Shown one piece after another: positions 11,884 through 24,310 of a DNA stretch of 64,000 nt. Each line of letters begins with the position of its first letter. Position 1 is the first letter of the stretch. The DNA comes from Cyanophora paradoxa CCMP329 (taxonomy: Eukaryota > Plantae > Glaucophyta): contig QPMI01000078.1 of the NCBI GenBank assembly GCA_004431415.1, forward strand, positions 183,455 to 247,454, in the 5' to 3' direction. Made by a program: the position numbers and the translations under genes. The notes beneath the pieces were generated by a model. The model saw only the letters and a program-made list of their open reading frames with translations, did not search any database and was not told the DNA's origin.

Positions 11884-12075
11884 CGGACCAGGTGGCCGGG
11901 CGGCGCGGCCCTGCGCTTGCCCTGTCCTCCCGACCGCTTGAGCGAGCGCTGCACCGACGCGCCGGGCCGCGAAGGTCGTATCAAGGTGTTCTGGGGGGTA
12001 CACGCAAGCTAGTGCCCCTATTCCCCCCCTAGCCTCCGGTTGTTGGCCGCAGCAGCGGCACCTTCACGAGCGACC
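11884..12075. promoter_or_regulatory. Putative bidirectional promoter between VPS11 and ferlin
   Basis: Only 192 bp separate two divergent start codons. Confidence 0.55.
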
Positions 12076-15000
12076 ATGTCGCTCGTGAAGATGTTCAAGA
12101 CAATGGCGACCGGCACCGGAGTCGAGCCAGCGCCGAAGAAGCAGGAGAAGACCATGGCCGAGCTGAAGGCCGAAAGGGAGCAGGCAGCGGCCAAAGTAGC
12201 GACAGAGGCGAAGCGCAAGCGGGAACAGCAGGAGAAGACATTTAAACCTGGCGATTACACGGTGCCCAGCGCTCCCCGCCCTTAGCCGAGGTCTAGGAGC
12301 CCAACGGATTCCGGCTGAGCTGTGCACCGCCCGCAGATCCTAGTTCACATCCTCGAAGTGAAGGAGCTAAAGGGACGGTGAGCGGCGTCGAAAGGGGGCG
12401 CGGCTCGCGCCGCCGCGGCGCGTTTTGATCAGTGGCGGGCGGCCGTGCAGGGACAATGGCGGCACGGCGGACCCGCAGGTGGTCGTGGAGGTCTTCGAAG
12501 TCAAGAAGAAGACGTCCTACAAGCGTCGGACGCTCAGCTGCATCTTCGACGAGATGCTGACATACGAGTTCAAACTGGAGGACGCAAGCGAGCTGGAGAT
12601 GGGCAAAGTCACTGTCACAGTGAACGACTGGAACCGCATCCTGCGGGACACTCCAATCGGTGCGCCCGCCGCCCAGCGTCGCGCCCGCTTCCACGCCGCG
12701 CCCAACCACTTCTGAGCTGACCGCGCCCCGTGACGCACGCAGGCATGTATGAGTTCGACATAGCTTACGTGTACGATCAGCCGGACCACGAGCTGTACAA
12801 AGCATGGGTGCCGCTGACAGATCCGCTGGACGCCTACGAGGGCGTGCAGGTGCGGCGGGCAGCTGCAGCGCGTGCGGGCCGGCGCTGACCCGAGCACAGG
12901 GCTATCTGAACCTATCCATCACGGTGCTGGGCCCCGGCGACGAGCAGAAGACGGACCACAGGGACAAGGACGCGGCGATGGCGGACAAGAGCTTCAAGGA
13001 CCTGATTCTGTCGGGCACGAGCGCGGATCAGTCGGGCAACCTGCTCAAGCTATCCGTGTATCGCGCCATCGACCTCCCTGTAGTCGAAATGGGTGCGTGC
13101 CGCCGCCTCGGCAGCCGGCGCCTGCCCCAGGCTCAGCCTCCCGGGGCGCGCAGTGGGCGTTGGAGTCAACCCCTACGTGCAAGTGCGCTTCGGCGGCTCG
13201 AATCCCGTCCGGACGGACGTGATAGACGGGTTCACGCCAGTCTGGAACACGGAGCTGCAGGCGCGTGCTGGCGGTAGCTAGGGGCGCGCCCCCGCTCCGC
13301 GCGCTCACCGCCCGCCGCCCCGCGCACGCGCAGCTGCCCGTGATGACCCCGGCCATGTCCGACCGAGTCGAGATTGCTGTCATGGACGCCAACAGGGTCC
13401 GACCGCGCGCCGCCCCGCGCCGCGCCGCCGCCGAGCCGGCCGGGCGGCGCGCAGATCATGAAGGACTCGCGCGTGGCGACCGTGTACCCCCCGCTGTCCT
13501 TCAAAGAGCTGCTGGCGGCAAGAGAGTACCCCCTGCGCTGGATCACGCTCTACGGAGCGCCCCCGGGGACGGTGCGCCGCGCGCGCGCCCCGGCCCCTCC
13601 GTAGCTAAGGCGGGGGCGGCAGATGAAGCTGAAGAAGGACGCCGACATGATGAACCTGGGGCGAAAGACGGGCAACTGGTACAGGGGCCGCCTGCTCGTC
13701 TCCGCCACCGTGCAGCCGGGCGTGGTCGACCCGAAGGCCGGCAAGGCCAAGATCGACCGCGAGCGCGTCCCGCCGGAGCCCAAGAGTGCGCCCCGCGCTC
13801 CGCGCCCCACCTCTTCCGGCACGCGCACGCGCGCCTCACGGCCGTCGCCCCGCCCCGCCGCAGTGCGGACGTACACGCTGCGCTGCGACGCGCACGCGGC
13901 CGCCGATATCCCAATGGGCCTCATCGCGTACACGTGCCTGCTCGAGGTCCGCCCCGCGCTCGCCCGCTCGCCCCGCGCCCGCGCCGAGCCGAGGCGGGGC
14001 GCCGCCCCTGCGGCAGGTGACCATCGGGCCGTACTCGGCAACGTCGCGGCCGGTGCCGATGAAGGACGGCACGGCGCGCTGGTACGAGCCCATTATGGAC
14101 ATCGATTGCGAGTTCCCCGAGGACCTCGACCAGGTACCCCCGCCCGCCCCCTTCCCCCCTCTCCTCGTCCGCCGCCCTAAGCTCGGCCGCCCTTTCTCAC
14201 TCCCCCCCTCCCGCGCTCGCGCAGGTGCCCGACATCTTCATCAACGTGTACAAGAACACGAACACGCCGGAACCGACCTCCCGCATGAGCTTCATCCGGC
14301 TCAAGGCGAAGACGGTCTTTGGGGACGGCACGCCCGAGGCCTTCCGCAAGGCGATGCAGCCCGTCGAGTGGGTCAAGCTGACGGACGACCCGCTCAACGA
14401 GTCGGCGGAGGGCACGGACTTCCCGGGCTTCCTCCTCTTCGGCCTGGGCTTCGGGCACGAGGAGCACCGCCCCGTCGACAGGGCGATCCTCCGCCCGCCC
14501 AAGATGAGCCGCTACGAGCTGCGGGCGCACATCTTCATGGGGCGGAACCTGCCCTCGGCCGACCCCGAGGGCAACGCCGATCCTTTCATCATCCTGCGCT
14601 GCGGCGGGCAGATGGCGAAGACGACCGTAAAGAAGGGGACCCTGTACCCCATCTGGTACGAGACGCTCATCCTGCACGTCTCGCTCCCTGAGGACAAGAC
14701 GGCGGCCTCGGACCTCAACATGACCATCCTGGACGAGGACGTCGGCTCGCTCCCCGACGTCCTGGGGCGCATCTACGTACCCGTCTCGAAGATGCGGGAG
14801 GAGTACCGGAAGCCCGAGTGGGTACCCCTCTACGTCGACGAGCTCACCAAGTCCGAGCGAGGCTCGGAGGGCGAGATCCTCTGCTCCTTCCAGCTGATCC
14901 CGCTGGAGAGGCACTACATCCCGCCCTCCCCGATCATCAAGCCGCCGATGAAGGACTGCACTATCGTCGTGCACGTTATCGGCCTCCGCTCGCTCGAGAA

Positions 15001-18000
15001 GTGGCTCGGGCAGCTCCCCGAGGCCCCCTTCGTCGAGATCGACCTGGGCGACGGGCACTACTTCACGACGGACAAGAGCTTCCGGCCGACGCGGGAGAGC
15101 CCGAACTACCTGGAGACCATCCAGATCGACACGCGGCTGCCCGTCACAAAGGACCTCACGCCGACGATCAACGTGCGGGTGCGGGACTACAAGCTCTCGG
15201 GCCTCATCAAGCGCGTCGTGGCGACGACGTCTATGCCGCTGCGGCCCTTCGTCACCTGGGAGGAGGCCAAGCTGGACGAGACGGGCGCCTTCGAGGGCGT
15301 CGCACTGGACGTCCAGCCCGACGTCGTCTTCAACCTCCTCTCCCAGGCGAGCGAGCGAGCGAGCCGTACCCCCCGCAGCCCCGCACGCTTTTCTACCCTT
15401 TTGGCCCGGCCGGCCGCGCGGGATGCCTTCTTGATAGTAGACCTGCACGGGCCCCCTCGCGGGGCACCGCCTGATGAACGCTTATTTCTTACGCTGACGC
15501 AAAACGAGCCGCGCCTCGCCCCCGCCTCCCTGCCCATCCCTTCTTCCTATCGCCGCGCGCCTGCCCAGCGCGCCGCCTGACGCCCGCCCGCCCCGCCCGC
15601 CCGCCTCGCAGATCTCGAAGCCGGAGATGATCGTAGACAAGGACCCAGTGCAGCCCTTCCTGCGCTTCCAAGACGCCGACGCCGACACGGAGAACCTGCC
15701 CCCGATCAAGCTCGGCGGCTACGGCTCCGGCGTCGGGGTGCCTGCTTGCGCTGCGCCTCGCCGTGCCGCCGCCGCCGCGTCCGACCGTGCTGACGCGGGC
15801 GGGGCGGGTCGGCAGTACGGGTTCTCGAACGCGAGCGGGCGGGACCTGGCGCCGCCGCCGGCGCTGCTGCGGCCGGAGGACGTGCGGGTGCAGGTCGCCC
15901 AGGGCCAGCGCATGCCCAACGGCTCTGTCGTCCTTCCCAACGGCCAGGTCCGCCCTCGCCCCACCTCTCGCCAGCTTAACGAGCGAGCGAGAGAGCGGGC
16001 GAGCGAGCGCGTGGGCACGGCCGGCCGCGAGGGATGCCTTATTGATAGTAGACCTGCACGGGCCCCCAAGAGGGGTACCGTAGTGATGAAACCACATTTC
16101 TTACGCTGACGCAAAACGAGCCGCGCCACGTCCCCGTCCGGCCCTGCCCTCTGCGAGCGCCGCGGCCCCTTCTCTGACGCGGCGGGCGGCGGTCGGCCGC
16201 GCAGGTCATGCTGCCGAACGGCCAGGTGGTGGGCAACCTGCCGAACGGAGTGGCGGCGGGGCCGGCGGGGCCCGGCGCCGGCGCCGGCGCGATCGTCCCG
16301 AACGGCGCGCACTACTACCAGAACGGCGGCGCGCACGCGGGCGGCTACGCGCAGCAGGAGGACATCGACGCCCTCAAGGCGGTGCGCCCCGCCTGCCTGC
16401 CTCCGCCTTCGCCTTCGCCGCCTATCGCCTTCTCCGTCGCCGACGGTTCGGGGCGGGGGCGCAGCGGCTCAAGCAGGAGGGCATGCTCTCGGAGGAGGAG
16501 GAGAAGGACGAGGCGACGCTGCGGGCCATCGCGCAGATGGAGAAGTACACGCGGAGCTTCGCCCCCCCCAGCGAGGCCGACGTCAAGGCGGCCGAGGAGG
16601 CGCGCGCGCGCAAGCGGGAGGGGCTCGAGAGGCTCCGGCTGCAGCGGCGCAAGGTCCTCGCGATGCTCAACGACGAGGGCTTCAAGTTCCGGACGCAGGA
16701 GGGCCTCATCAAGGAGCTCAACGACATCGACGCCAAGTCGAAGCAGTTCCTGGACAAGTTCGAGTGGTTCGACGCGACGCCCGACTTCATGATCGGGCGC
16801 ATCGTCGTCGACAACGAGCTGGAGGACTACCTCGACGTCGTCGACCCCCACTGGTGCCCCTTCGACGACTACGACCTCATCCGCGGCCAGAAGCGCGGCG
16901 TCAACGAGATGGCGAGGCTCCTTGCCATCCAGGAGCGCGTGCAGAAGTGCGGCAAGCTCAAGACGAAGATCATCGTCTACGACAAGACGACGGGCGAGTC
17001 GTCGGACGAGCGGCTTCCGCTTGACTACCGCTTCGACTTCAAGAGCGTCTCGACGGCGCGCGACGTCGTCTGCCGCCTCTACGTCTGCCAGGCCAGGAAC
17101 CTCTACCCCATGGACATGAACGGATGTGCGATCCTTCCTCCTCTCCTCCTCTCCCCACCCCCCTCCCGACTCCTGACCACCCGTGGCGCAGTCAGCGACC
17201 CGTACCTCAAGATCCGGCTGGGGGAGCAGGTGGTCCTCGACGACGTCGACAACGCGCTCGACCGGGAGCTGAACCCGACTTTCAACAAGGGCATCGAGTT
17301 CAAGACGACCCTCCCCGGCGTCTCTCAACTCACCATCGAGGCCCGCCTGCCCGCCCGCCCGCCCGCCGGCGCCGCCCGGGGACAAGGACACGATCTGAGG
17401 CCGGCGTCGCAGGTGTGGGACAAGGACACGATCGGGTTCGACGAGCTCATCGGGTCCACCGTCATCGACCTCGAGAACCGCTTCTTCTCGCGCACCTGGA
17501 CCCGGGTACAGCGCCGCCCCTCCTTCTGCTTCGCCGCGCCGCCCCGCTCCGTCCGATCCGGGCCGGGCCGGGCCGGGCGCGCAGATCGCGAGGGGGGAGT
17601 ACACGTTCAAGCAGGTCTACTCGTCGCAGGACGACTCGGACGATCCGACGGCGAAGCGGAAGGAGGGGCGGCTGTACCCCACGCAGGCGAACCAGAGCGG
17701 CTGGATCAACAAGAGCGAGCACCCGATGGACGCGAGGAAGATGCCCGTCGAGTGGCGGACGCTGCGGCACCAGCGCTCGATGGCGCCCATGGGCAAGCTC
17801 GCGCTCTGGCTGGAGATGATCCCGCGGTCGGACCCGCGGGCGCGGGCGGCGCTTGAGGACATCAAGATGAAGCCCAAGGAGAAGTTCGAGCTCCGCGTCG
17901 TCGTCTGGCAGGCCCGCAACATGGTCAACAAGGACGACGTGCGCCGCCCCCCGCCCCGCTTGCGTCGCTTCGCTTCGGCCTGAACGGGGCGCCGCGGCGA

Positions 18001-19268
18001 CGGCGGCGGCCGCCCCGCAGATCACGGACATGAACGACCTGTACATCACGGGGACGCTGGAGGGGTACAGCCAGTTCCATGCGATCGAGAAGGAGACGGA
18101 CACGCACTGGCGCGCGAAGAAGGGCAAGGCCTCCTTCAACTACCGCCTCGTCTACGACATCGAGTGCGGCCCCGCCCCTCCCGCCGCCCGCCCCGCCCCT
18201 CCCGACGCGGGGGCGCTCCCGCCAGGCTCCCGATCGACCGGCCGCGGCTCAAGTTCGCCGCGTGGGACCGCGACATCATCGGCGCCAACGACTGTGCGCT
18301 TCTACCCCCCCGGCCGCACCCCGCTCCCCCCCTGCTGCTCTGACCCTCGGCGGGCGCGCGCAGCGATCGGGGAGGCGCTGGTGAAGGACGTGGACAAGCT
18401 CTTCACGCTGGCGCAGAAGAAGTACGAGAAGATCCAGCAGATGCAGGCCGAGCTCAAGAAGTACCCCGACGACGGCTCGGACGAGAACACCGAGATCCGC
18501 GGGAGGATCAAGGCCCGCCCTCCCCCCCTCGCCCCCTCGCCCCCGCTTCTCCCCCTTCGCGAAGCCCGCGCGCTGAGCTCGCTCGCTCGCTCGCTCGCTC
18601 GCAGGCGGCGACGCCGACGTGGTCGGACCTGCCCGTGTGCGGGATGACGCGGCAGTGGATCAAGCTCTACCACTCGAACACGCTCAAGCAGATCGACCCG
18701 AAAACGAACGAGCGGCCCTTCGAGGGCGAGATCGAGTTCGAGCTCGAGCTCCTCCCCAAGGCCTTCGCTGAGAAGCGCCAGGGTCCGTTAGTCACCCCTG
18801 TACCCATGCTTTCGTTTCCGCCCGCCAGCCCGCGGGTCTGAGCCGCGTCGCGCGCGCGCGCAGCCGGCGAGGGCCGCGCGGAGCCGAACAGGTACCCGAC
18901 CCTGCCGCCCCCGGACCGCGTCAAATACGTGCGTACCCCCTCCCACCCCCTCCCCCTCTCCCCCCTCCCCCGGGCGTCCCCGGACCGACGCCGGGCGGGG
19001 CGGAGCAGCTGTGGTACCGGCCGGACCTGATCCTGGTGGACCTGATGGGGCCGGAGCTGTGCCGCAAGGTCTGCTGCATCGCCTGCTGCGTCTTCTTCAT
19101 CGTTATCATCATCATGGTATCCCCCATCATTGCCGGCCAGGTCCGCCCTTCAGCTCTTTCGCTTCTTTGTTTGTTTGTTTGTTTGTCTGGCTGCTGACGC
19201 GCTGCTGACGCCGCGCCCGCCCCCGCCGCCCGCAGATCGTAGGGAACGTGGCCAGCAAAAACATATAG
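12076..19268 (+). CDS. Ferlin family multi-C2-domain tail-anchored protein, >20 exons
   Basis: Multiple C2 domains (VHILEVKELKGRDNGGTADPQVVVEV; RAHIFMGRNLPSADPEGNADPF; RLYVCQARNLYPMDMNGFSDPYLKI; FELRVVVWQARN) and FerI-like GYLNLSITVLGPGD. Ferlin motifs DELIGSTVIDLENRFFS, PVEWRTL, ETDTHWRAKKGKASFNYR and AGEGRAEPNRYPTLPPPDR. C-terminal TM CCIACCVFFIVIIIMVSPII; TAG at 19266-19268. Confidence 0.93.
15407..15515 (+). ncRNA. Candidate intronic box C/D snoRNA, copy A (ferlin intron 15347-15611)
   Basis: A ~110-nt block conserved with 16018-16127 while the flanking intron sequence is largely not. It has GGGATGC (C-like), GATAGTAGAC-CTGC (guide + D'-like), a hairpin, TGATGA (C') and CTGA (D), with a short GCG/CGC terminal stem. 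Confidence 0.6.
16018..16127 (+). ncRNA. Candidate intronic box C/D snoRNA, copy B (ferlin intron 15948-16204)
   Basis: Paralog of 15407-15515. Boxes and guide are identical; differences fall in the hairpin loop and spacers. Confidence 0.6.
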
Positions 19269-19959
19269 CGCACCCCCATCCCGCTTCACCCCTCCTTTTC
19301 TCCCCCCGCCGCCCGCCCGGGCCCGCCCCGCCCCCTCTGCCCCTCATCCTACGATACCCCTCCGCCCGCCCTCCCGACCGACTACTCTCTGCTCCTCGCG
19401 CCGCCGCCCCCTCCTCTCGCGCCCTCTGCTCACCGGCAGCCAGCCGGCCCACAGAACCCCCGCCGCGCCCTCCCTTGCCTCGCCTCTCGCATCCATGCGA
19501 TTCCTGCCGGCACGCCCCTCCCTGTCGCCTCCCTCCCGCTCACCAGGTGTGTACGTAGAGCACTAGTTGTTTCACCAAGTACCTGTACTAGTTATATTCA
19601 AGCGGACCGTTGGACTGCACGGGGTCCCGGGGATGCAACGAATAAGCCGCTTGACTAGACTATAGTGGTTTATATTCAAATGTAAAGCTGCACAGCCCGG
19701 CGACCTGGGGTGCGAACAAGAAATCTTCTTGAATTTCAAATTACATTGCATGTACATCGATACCCCGGATTGCGAAGTGCTAACCACGCTATGCCTACCC
19801 CGCATGACATCGAATCGTGACATGGCGCCCTAGCATAGGAATCGGAATCAAACCAAGGTGTCCGAACTCGAGCTCGAACTCTCGAGAGCGGCTCTAAGCT
19901 CAAGCTTCAGAGCCTCCGAGTCAGCTAGCTGAATATACGTATATACACAGGCCAGTTAA

Positions 19960-21565
19960 TTAAAGGATGGCGGCCAGGACGGCGACGACGGCGAGGGCGG
20001 CGGCCAGGAAGGGGGAGGAGGACTTGGTCGCGACGGCGGCGCTCCCGCCGACGGTAGAGGGCGAGCACTTCAGGTGACTCCAGCTCTTGGTCACGGCCGG
20101 TTGGCCCGGGACAATCACGTTCGAGAAGGCGTAGAGGGCGTCCGCCCAGATACTGCGCAAAGTTTAAATTAGCGAATACCAGTGCAGGAAATTTAAAAAG
20201 TCAAATTAAGTGGGCGCACGAGTAGACGGTCTGCTGGCAGGTGGAAAGGCAGACGCTTGCGCTGCCGCCGAGGCTGCCGAAGTTGAACGAGGGGTTGCCG
20301 TACAGGCTGTTCGCGCCGGCCGACGGGGCGGTGACGCTCGGGGCCGCGCAGCTGCTCTGGGTGGACGGGCTGAGGGTCAGCTCGACCTTGGTCGACGCCG
20401 CCGCGCAAGTGTTGTCGGTCGGGAAGATGGTGATGAGGATCGCTGCGCGGCGCGAGCAAAATCAGCGGCCGCGGCCGCGGGGGGCGAGCTCGAGGAGGCG
20501 AGCGAGACGTACACGAATCGCCCTTGCAGCCTGCATGCGCATGAATGAATTAAATTCCTGAACTTTGAATGGGGCGATAATTCAAAATTTAAAGCACTGA
20601 CCGAACTTGAAACCGATGTTGTTGGCGGCGCCGCCGGCGGCCGATGTGATGGCGCCCTGAATGAAGGTGGCGAGGATCGTCTTGATCACCTCGTCGTTCG
20701 CCGCGCCCTGGCCGAAGGTGACGGTGCCCATGAGGTTCTTGATCGCCGCGACGGTGTTTGCGTAGCACTGCGCGGCGCGGGCGAAGTTCAAGGGTTCGAA
20801 TTCGAAACGCAGAGGCGTGATCATGATTTATATGTCGGTTATGCTCGCCTGCTTCGCGTCGGGGATGGTCAGCAGGGTCGTGTCCTTGTGCTTCAGGGCG
20901 GTAGGGAAGGCGACGGCGGAGACGCCGGCGGGCGTGAGGACGGTCGAGAGCGCCGTCCCGATGTTCATCGTCCACGAGGCGTCGGCGTCGTGCTTCGAGG
21001 TGCAGGCGTTGTCCTTGTAGTCGCCCGACATCTGCGGTTCCGGAGTCGGGGATCAGGATCAGGATGAGCAGCCGACGGCAACGCAGATATCTATATAGCT
21101 AAATTTAAACTCGTATGCCATGGCCGAGCTGCAGCTGTACATGTACGTGTACGCAGCCGGGCCTGCGCAAACGCATGCCAGGCCACGATCGCAAATTTGA
21201 AATTGCCGATCGCAGGCTTGTAGCCCAGGCCTTCGGGGCCCGGCCGCTGAGCTAAACGGAAGAAGAACGGAGTATACACTGGAAAGGCCTCGAAGGGACT
21301 GAGCGACCGCCGCGGGTCGCGCACTGCTCTCAGAACTTTAAGGCTTCGCGCTCCGAACAAACGGTGCAGTTGCGCATCCCGTTCAAATGCGAGACATTAA
21401 GCGCATTTGGCAAGGCCCGGCCTGGGCTCGGCCCCGTTCGAAAGCTTAAGAGAGACTCGCGGGCCGCGGGGCCGGGGCGCGCACCGTGATGGTGAACTGC
21501 TGCGCCGCCGCCACGCAGACGAGGAGAGCGCACAGGGCGCCGCGGAGAGCGGAGCTGGAGGCCAT
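19960..21565 (-). CDS. Hypothetical secreted, probably GPI-anchored Cys-containing surface protein
   Basis: Signal peptide MASSSALRGALCALLVCVAAA-QQ and several coding exons with canonical splice sites (e.g. MSGDYKDNAC..., CYANTVAAIKNL..., AILITIFPTDNTC...). The C-terminus GGSAAVATKSSSPFLAAALAVVAVLAAIL* resembles a GPI signal. The exon 2 boundaries are unresolved. Confidence 0.7.
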
Positions 21566-21990
21566 CCTTGGGCTTGCTGCTGCTGCGCCGCGCTTCGCTG
21601 CTGTGCTGGAGTCGAACTGGCCTTCTGGTTGCTTGGTTTCTGCGGCTATTTCCGGCACGATCAAACTAACGAAGGCCCTACTACTGCACTTTAACTAGCC
21701 TCTGATCAAAGCTTGGGGGGGGGGCAGATCGCGATCTGCCCCCGGTCCCCCGCTCCCTCTGATCAAAAGTTCCAGCCCAAGGCCCCAAGTCCGCCGATCG
21801 ACTTCTTGATCAGGCGCGGGCCGCGCGGCCGTTGGGAACCTCCGAGGCTCCGACTCGAGGGTCGAGACCAGATTTTTTCGCGGCGACGTACCAAGTAGCC
21901 CCCGCCGGGGGGGAGAGGGGGGGGGGGGCGCCCGCACCGATGGGCTACGTGTTTTACCGGGTACACACGCATCGACCTCGCAACGCTGGA

Positions 21991-23007
21991 ATGAGCTGGG
22001 AGAACGGCAACGGCTACGGGCACGACCAGTACGGTCATCACCAACAGCAGCAGCAGTACGAGGATTTCACCTCGGGCGGTGCAAAACCACCCCCGCGCCG
22101 GCGCCTTCGGCCGCCCGACGCGCTCGCTCAGAATACACGCGGGGAGATGAGCTGAACGAGATCTTCTCGCTCTTCGCGGAGCGCGAGCAGCCCACGGACA
22201 AGGTCCGCCCGTCGCGGACCCTGTGCTGCCTCGCGCGGCGCTGCAGGCTTAGCTCTGCGTGCGTAGTTGAAGCTGAAAGATCTGCCGATGGCCGTTCGTG
22301 CCGCCGGTGCGGCGCCAAGCGAGCAGGAGATGAAGGGCATCGTCAACGATTAGTGCGGCGACCCGGGCCTCGCGCAGCGCTCCAGGATGACGCTGAATAT
22401 CGCGCGCAGCATGAGATCAAACAGGATGATGCTCAGGTCCGCGTCCCGGGGCACTCGCCGCTCAGAGCTTCGCAGCTGACCGCGTGTTCAGTTTCCAGGA
22501 CTTCCAGGCCCTGGTCGGCCGCTTCGCCAACCGGAAACTTCTCAAGGTTCGACTGTTCTTTGTGCTGAACCTTCTAATCCGCTAACCAGCGCCCTGCGTG
22601 CAGCCCGCGGAGGTCCGGCGGGGCCGGCATGTGGTTCTTCTGTATTGCGCTCTGAACGGGGGCGCCGCAGGTTAGCGAAGTATTCAGACTCTTCGACACG
22701 AACTACAGTGGTACGCAGCCGCTCCTCGACTGGCTCCGCTTCGCTAGGCTCACACCCGTGCAGGCCAAATGACGTCCGTCGAAATCATGCGCATCCTGTC
22801 GACCCAGGGCGAGCGGCTAGAGCAGGAGGACCTTAACAACATAAAAGACATGATCCAGCAGAACGCGCGCGGTGGTATGATCCAGTACGCGGATTTCTTC
22901 TCCGAAGCTGGTGCGCCGCAGTGGGGCCTCGCAGCAATCTCGTTCGCTGAGTCAATGCTGACAGCCCATCCTCGTTCGCAGGGATTCAGCGGATGATGAA
23001 CAAGTAG
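21991..23007 (+). CDS. Calmodulin/myosin-light-chain-like EF-hand protein, 9 exons
   Basis: The spliced product includes ELNEIFSLFA...KDLPMAVRAAGAAPSEQEMKGIV...LSFQDFQALV...VSEVFRLFDTNYSGQMTSVEIMRILSTQGERLEQEDL...GMIQYADF. All intron phases are consistent. Confidence 0.85.
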
Positions 23008-23355
23008 CGATTTCTCTTTCCGAGTTTCTTTTGTGCATTCCACTCTTCCTTTCCCCTTCTCTCCCGCCCCCTCTTGCACTTGCATGTACAGTATATGTTT
23101 TCCCAAACCTACGATGTCCGATCCGCAAATCACGGCCGCGGTGCAAGGTTGAGAAGAAGACTTGCGCCCTGAAGAACTACAGCGTACTGCGTGGCACTAA
23201 ATTTCCCACTCCCACTAATGCCAAAACGCGAGCGCACAGATTGACGAGCGGCTCTCTCGAATTGGTAATGGGCACAACAACCGACTGGCAGCGGCGCGCA
23301 AGCTTCTCGTGGCTTCCGGTCGAGTGTTGGGTTGACCCGAACACCCTGACTCCAT

Positions 23356-24310
23356 TTACCGGTAGCGGCGGAGCGACAGGGTGTTGCGGCGCTTCCAGTT
23401 GGCGCGGCGCGACGGGCGGATCTTGTTGGCGACGTGGCCTGCAGACAAGAGATGGTAAGGGGACTGCCCAGGCACGGAGAGACGCAAGCGGTGGACGCAC
23501 CCTTGGTGCGGAGGCCGCGGTTGGCCTTGCCAGCCGAGGTCTGGCCACGAAGCTCGCGGTGCTTCATGACCGGCTTGCAGATCCAGTTGATGCGCGGGTC
23601 GCGGCGGATGGCCTTGTGGGCCGGGTCGACGCAGATGACCTGCGCGCTCGATGTGAGACCGCGAAGCCCTTTCGCTAGAATCGGATGTCGAAGAAGGGGC
23701 GAACCTCGAAGTACTTGTAGGTGGCATCGTGGTTCACCCAGTACGAGTTGAGCACGCGCAGACCACCGATGCGGCGGCCGACACGCTCCTCCGCAACGCT
23801 ACGGAGCGACCGCTGGAAGGTGAGCTGGTGCACACCATGGGTCTTGGGCTTGCCGTAGGTAATGCCCTTGGGAACCGGGCGCTTGCGGCCACCACTGATG
23901 TGCGCCGTAAGCACTGGGAGGCGGGCAGCGCGGCAAGAAGACGCACCGGCGGATGCGCACGCGGTAGATGACGTAGCCCTGCTTGGCCTTGTAGCCGAGG
24001 CGGCGGGCCTTGTCGGGGCGCGACGGGCGCGTGGCGCGGTGGAGGACCGGCAGGTGGCGGTACTCCCAGACACGGACACGGAGCAGGAAGCGCAGCTGCG
24101 CGGGGAGGAAGAAAGAATCGTCAGCTCACATGCAAGGAGGCGCTCGCTGTGGCGGCTTTTGCGAAGACTGTGAAAGCTAGGACTCGCTCGCGAAGAGCGG
24201 CGAGGCTCGGCGATGGGCTAGGCATTTGACGAACATCAGGAATCGCGCTAACGCACCACGTCGGACTGCTTCTTCCGCCACAGCTCCTCGAGATACTTGT
24301 ACGCGCCCAT
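23356..24310 (-). CDS. RPL15: 60S ribosomal protein L15 (eL15)
   Basis: [18 protein letters not shown]|[14 protein letters not shown]...[15 protein letters not shown]...[17 protein letters not shown]...LRVLNSYWV...NTLSLRRYR*. Confidence 0.98.

Noticed and set aside
15407-15515. Ferlin intronic element as a TPP riboswitch
   Set aside because: It lacks the CUGAGA and UAAU/GCG core motifs, and the C/D box layout fits better.
24096-24257. Longer RPL15 intron 1 with TGATGT and CTGA as a possible snoRNA
   Set aside because: The CTGA coincides with the normal GCTGAC branch point, there is no terminal stem and I recognise no guide. Not supportable without a covariance search.
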